From the NCBI GenBank assembly GCA_030390025.1, contig CM059431.1, positions 107,262,001 to 107,326,000 on the forward strand: 64,000 bases of DNA. Direction: 5' to 3'. Of the stretch, positions 59,662-64,000 are shown piece by piece. The notes beneath the pieces are model-generated. The model ran no database searches. It was not told the origin of the DNA and saw nothing but the letters and a program-made list of their open reading frames with translations. Origin of the DNA: Squalus acanthias. Lineage: Eukaryota. Made by a program: the position numbers and the translations under genes. How positions within the stretch are numbered: the first letter of the stretch is position 1; each line of letters opens with the position of its first letter.

Positions 59662-62600
59662 ACATAGATACATAGAAGATAGGAGCAGGAGTAGGCCATC
59701 CGGCCCTTCGAGCCTGCTCCGCCATTTAATGAGATCATGGCTGATCCTCCAATTCAGTATCCCGTCCCCGCCTTCTCTCCGTAACCCTTAACCCCTTTTG
59801 CCTGTAGAAATATATCTAATTCCCTCTTAAATATATTTAATGAGCTGGCGTACACTGCCCTCTGTGGCAATGAGTTCCACAGGTTCACCACCCTCTGAGT
59901 GAAGAAATTCCCCCTCATTTCTGTCCTAAATGGTTTAGCCCTTATCCTTAAATTATGTCCTCTAGTTCTGTTCTCACCCGCCAAGGGAAACATTCCTTCT
60001 GCATCTAGTCTGTCTAGACCTGTCAGAATTTTATACACTTCTATGAGGTCCCCTCTCAATCTTCTAAACTCCAGTGTGTACATCCCTAAACTACATAGTC
60101 TCTCCTCATAGGTCAATCCCGCCATTCCTGGTATCAGCCTGGTGAATCGCCGCTGCACCCCCTCCATGGCAAGAACATCTTTCCTCAGATGAGGCGACCA
60201 AAACTGTACACAGTACTCGAGGTGTGGTCTCACCAGTGCCCTGTACAGCTGCAGCAAGGTATCCCTGTTCCTGTATTCCAACCCTTTTGCTATGAAGGCC
60301 AGCATACCGTTTGCCTTCTTGACCGCCTGTTGCACCTGCATGCTCGCCTTCAGTGACTGGTGTACAAGAACACCCAGGTCTCTCTGTACTTCCCCCTCTC
60401 CCAATTTATTGCCATTTAAATAATAATTTGCCCTCCTGTTCCTGCACCCAAGGTGGATAACTTCGCACTTGTCCACATTATAGTGCATCTGCCATTTATC
60501 CGCCCAATCACCCAGTCTGTCCAAATCGCTCTGGAGCTTCCTGGTCTCCTCCTCTGAGCCCACCCCCCCTCCTAGTTTAATGTCGTCTGCAAATTTGGAA
60601 ATGCTGCATCCGACTCCCTGATCCAGGTCATTAATGTAAATTGTGAACAGCTGGGGACCCAGGACAGATCCCTGTGGTACCCCACTTGTTACTGCCTGCC
60701 ATTCAGAAAATGAGCCGTTTATTCCAACTCTCTGTTTTCTATCTGACAGCCAGTTCTCTATCCACGTCAATACTTTCCCCTTTATCCCATGAGCTTCAAT
60801 TTTCCATGCTAATCTTTTATGTGGGACCTTATCGAAGGCCTTTTGGAAGTCCAGGTACACCACATCTACTGGCTCTCCCCCATCTATTTTACCAGTTACT
60901 CCCTCAAAAAATTCCAATAGATTAGTCAAGCACGATTTACCCTTTGTAAATCCATGTTGACTCTGTCCTATCCTGTCCCCATTTGCTAAGTGCTCCGCTA
61001 TTTCATCCTTAATGATGGACTCCAGCATTTTGCCCACAACTGATGTAAGGCTTACAGGTCTGTAATTACCTGCTTTTTCCCTACCCCCCTTTTTGAATAG
61101 TGGGGTAACGTTAGCTACCCTCCAATCCATGGGCACTGTTCCCGAGTCTAATGAATTCTGAAAAATCATACTTAGTGCATCCGCTATCTCTAGGGCCACC
61201 TCCTTCAGTACCCTAGGATGCATGTTATCAGGCCCTGGGGATTTGTCCGCCTTCAATCCCTTTAGCTTCCTTAACACCATATCCTTAGAGATATTGATTT
61301 GCGTCAGTTCCTTCTTTGCCAATGTCCCTATTTTTCCCGATATCCCAGGGAGGTTTTTTGTGTCTTCCTTCGTAAAGACTGACCCAAAGTATGCATTTAG
61401 TTGGTCTGCCATTTCCTTATTTCCCGTTATATATTCCCCCGTATCTGACTGCAATGGACCAACTTTGGTTTTCACCAGTCTTTTCCTCTTGATATACTTA
61501 TAAAAGCTTTTGGAGTTAGTTTTTATATTTTCCGCCAGCTTGCTTTCGTAAGCTATTTTGCCCCTCTTGATTAAGCCCTTTGTCCTCCTTTGCTCTATCT
61601 TAAACTGTTCCCAATCTTCCGCTCTGGCGCTTTTTTTGGCTATTTTATATGCCCTATCTTTGGATTTTATGCTGTCTCTAATTTCCCCTGTTATCCACGG
61701 TTGAGTCACCTTTTTAGATTTCCTTTTATGCCAGATTGGTATAAACAATTTTTGCAATTTTGTCATTCTATCTTTAAATGCTTGCCATTGTTTATCTACC
61801 TCCAGTCCTCCCAGGAACGTTGTCCAATCAGACCTACTCAGTTCCCGTCTAATGGCATCATAATTCGCCTTGTTTAAATTCAGGACCTTAGTCTCTGAGT
61901 CAATTTCTTCGCTCTCCATTTCGAGTGAGAAATCGATCATGTTATGATCGCTCTGACCCAAGGGTCCCCGTACAACAAGATTACTAATTAGTCCCTTCTC
62001 ATTGCACAGTACCCAGTCCAATATAGCCTGTTCCCGAGTTGGTTCCTCGACATATTGATCCAGATAACCATCCCTTAAACACTCAAGGAATTCCTCCTCC
62101 TCATTATTTTTACTGATTAGGCTATTCCAATCTATATGTAAGTTAAAGTCACCTATGATGACAGCTGTGCTCTTATTGCACGCTTCTCTAATTTCCCTCG
62201 TGATGCCCTCCCCAACCTCTATTTTACTATTTGGAGGCCTATATACCACTCCTATTAATGTTTTTCGCCCCTCGCTATTTCTTAGCTCCACCCATATAGA
62301 TTCTGTATTAACTGAGTTAATATCCTTCCTTTCAATTGCATTTATCCCCTCTTTTACCAGCAATGCTACCCCTCCTCCCTTTCTTTTTTGTCGATCCTTC
62401 CTAAATACTGAATACCCCTGTATGTTAAGCTCCCAGCCCTGCTCACCCTGCAACCATGTTTCCGTAATCCCAATTAGATCATAATTATTAACCTCTATTT
62501 CCACAGCTAATTCATCTACCTTGTTCCTGATGCTTCTCGCATTAAGGTATAAAACCCTCAGGCTTTTTTTATGCTCACATTTTTTATGAATTAGTTTGGC

Positions 62601-62715
62601 CCTTTGTTTTTTGTTCCTCACCCTTTTACCATTTATTTCTGTCTGCCTTTCACTTTCCTCTATTTCACTACATAGGTTTCTAGCCCCCTGCCATACTAGT
62701 TTAAATGCTCCCGAA
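59662..62715 (-). mobile_element. Young CR1 LINE, truncated at the end of ORF1
   Basis: (CTATGTAT)n tail; TSD-like CTGCTT(A/T)AT at 59653-59661 and 62716-62724. The 5' end keeps the likely last ORF1 codons (VREHLN*). Confidence 0.95.
59754..62621 (-). CDS. CR1 ORF2: apurinic-type endonuclease plus reverse transcriptase, 955 codons without stop
   Basis: EN motifs LNARS, GITETW, GDFN, ILD, SDHN; RT motifs NYRPVSL, QHGF, LDFQKAFD, VPQGSVLGP, FADD. The called start is GTG, so the true start is uncertain. Confidence 0.95.
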   Translation of the reverse strand: MRNKKQRAKLIHKKCEHKKSLRVLYLNARSIRNKVDELAVEIEVNNYDLIGITETWLQGEQGWELNIQGYSVFRKDRQKRKGGGVALLVKEGINAIERKDINSVNTESIWVELRNSEGRKTLIGVVYRPPNSKIEVGEGITREIREACNKSTAVIIGDFNLHIDWNSLISKNNEEEEFLECLRDGYLDQYVEEPTREQAILDWVLCNEKGLISNLVVRGPLGQSDHNMIDFSLEMESEEIDSETKVLNLNKANYDAIRRELSRSDWTTFLGGLEVDKQWQAFKDRMTKLQKLFIPIWHKRKSKKVTQPWITGEIRDSIKSKDRAYKIAKKSARAEDWEQFKIEQRRTKGLIKRGKIAYESKLAENIKTNSKSFYKYIKRKRLVKTKVGPLQSDTGEYITGNKEMADQLNAYFGSVFTKEDTKNLPGISGKIGTLAKKELTQINISKDMVLRKLKGLKADKSPGPDNMHPRVLKEVALEIADALSMIFQNSLDSGTVPMDWRVANVTPLFKKGGREKAGNYRPVSLTSVVGKMLESIIKDEIAEHLANGDRIGQSQHGFTKGKSCLTNLLEFFEGVTGKIDGGEPVDVVYLDFQKAFDKVPHKRLAWKIEAHGIKGKVLTWIENWLSDRKQRVGINGSFSEWQAVTSGVPQGSVLGPQLFTIYINDLDQGVGCSISKFADDIKLGGGVGSEEETRKLQSDLDRLGDWADKWQMHYNVDKCEVIHLGCRNRRANYYLNGNKLGEGEVQRDLGVLVHQSLKASMQVQQAVKKANGMLAFIAKGLEYRNRDTLLQLYRALVRPHLEYCVQFWSPHLRKDVLAMEGVQRRFTRLIPGMAGLTYEERLCSLGMYTLEFRRLRGDLIEVYKILTGLDRLDAEGMFPLAGENRTRGHNLRIRAKPFRTEMRGNFFTQRVVNLWNSLPQRAVYASSLNIFKRELDIFLQAKGVKGYGEKAGTGY

Positions 62716-63006
62716 CTGCTTTATCAAAAATAAAGGTCGTATTTGTTTATATCTGGGTTGGATTATAATAAACTTGAGTAAAAAGGGAATAATCTGTGTT
62801 AGTGCTTCTCATTTCTCAGGTGCTGAACATTATAAACCTCTGGGGAGAAAACATCTAAAAGATAATTTTCTCATTTTTGGTACACAGCTCTATATTTTCT
62901 GTCCACTGATGTTAGTGGGTTGGAGAATCATGGAGTGAGCAGCTGTGAGCAATGAGAGCACGGAATCGGACTTAATATGCTTTAGATTGTGGAGCATATA
63001 AACATA

Positions 63007-63569
63007 GGGGGAAATTTGGGTCACGCCCCCTTTGGGGTGTTAACTTCGCCGGGGTGTTACTTTTAGCGCCCCGACAAAGTTAACGCCCCCGCGCCCGAAA
63101 TTGAATGGTAGTGCCACAAGCAGGAGGCGGGACGCTGCTGGAAGCACTCCTCCTCCCTCTTGGGGCGCTCCCATTGAATATTGTGGCGTTACGTGCAGCA
63201 GCGCCACACGCGCCGGCACGTAGCGCTGCGGTACTACAGACCTTCCTCCCCTCATTAAAGGGGACGGGCCTAGCGCGGTGCACACCGGGGCCCTGCTGGA
63301 CCATCGGGGAGCTGGGTGCCGGCAAAAGAGCCCGGCACTCGAGAGGAGCGCCGGGCTGACCGATCGCGGCCGGCACCCCGCAGGAGGAGGCGAGAGGGGG
63401 CAGGTGCTGGCAGGCGGCCCAAAAAAATGGTGTCGTCGCCGGAGGCGCAGCGCCGCAGGGTGCTACCGGCTACCGCCGCTGCTAACCTGCCGCTGAATTT
63501 CACGGGAGGCGTTAGCGGCGTCGCGCCCGGGCGCTAACAGGAGGCGCAAAGCAACCGAATTTTTACCCC
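63007..63569 (+). mobile_element. Non-autonomous Harbinger (563 bp), same family as 11535-12295 and 35984-40477
   Basis: Ends GGGGGAAATTT / AATTTTTACCCC with TSD ATA. Subterminal CGCCCC.TTTGGGG and GGCGCTAAC.GGAGGCGCAAA are shared with the autonomous element. Confidence 0.88.
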
Positions 63570-64000
63570 ATAGAATTGGGACAGCAAGCCTGTTTTTTCC
63601 ACGGATCACATAGAATCTATCCTGTTATTATCCGTAAAGGTTAATCTATCGACCCCCCCACATCTGTCTTATTCAACTGTGACTTGCTCCCCCACACATT
63701 CCATCCTATGGAATGCTATTCTGAACCTTGTCCACTAACCCCAATGATGCAGTGGTCCATTGTAGCATTCCTACCAGCAACAAAGCCAGGATTAACCAAG
63801 GACTGATCCTGAGACCTTCCAATTGCTTAACCAACTAAGCTAAATTTGAAGTTATATGAGCATGCATTAACGCACCCATTTTAACAATCTATCTATCATT
63901 CTGCAATCCTCAGATCTATGCAGCTTTGTCTCTTATGAATATTTGCATGGTTTGATTACAGAGAGACATGTAGTTATTATGGCTGACAACTCTGGTTCGA

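Overview
Vertebrate genomic DNA made almost entirely of transposable elements. I infer a cartilaginous fish (shark or ray) from HE1/V-SINE-like and Deu-domain SINEs and many CR1 copies. I could not support any host protein-coding gene. The main contents are: (i) many 5'-truncated CR1 LINE copies, one with an uninterrupted 955-codon ORF2, plus an L2 tail and a second L2/CR1-group LINE with its partner SINE; (ii) a complete 4.5-kb Ty3/Gypsy LTR retrotransposon nested in a CR1, which has no tRNA primer-binding site but has a perfect 13-nt complement to its own LTR at that position (candidate self-priming element); (iii) two solo LTRs (842 bp and 1590 bp, 4-bp TSDs), also inside CR1s; (iv) a full-length two-gene PIF/Harbinger transposon (intact DDE transposase ORF plus a spliced, frameshifted Myb/SANT gene) and about a dozen Harbinger-type deletion derivatives or MITEs, many with readable 3-bp TSDs; (v) a Penelope-like fragment carrying a minimal hammerhead-ribozyme motif; (vi) a few repeat-free, homeobox-motif-rich islands that may be conserved non-coding elements. 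Boundaries not defined by a TSD or TIR are approximate. Family names come from motif recognition, not database searches.
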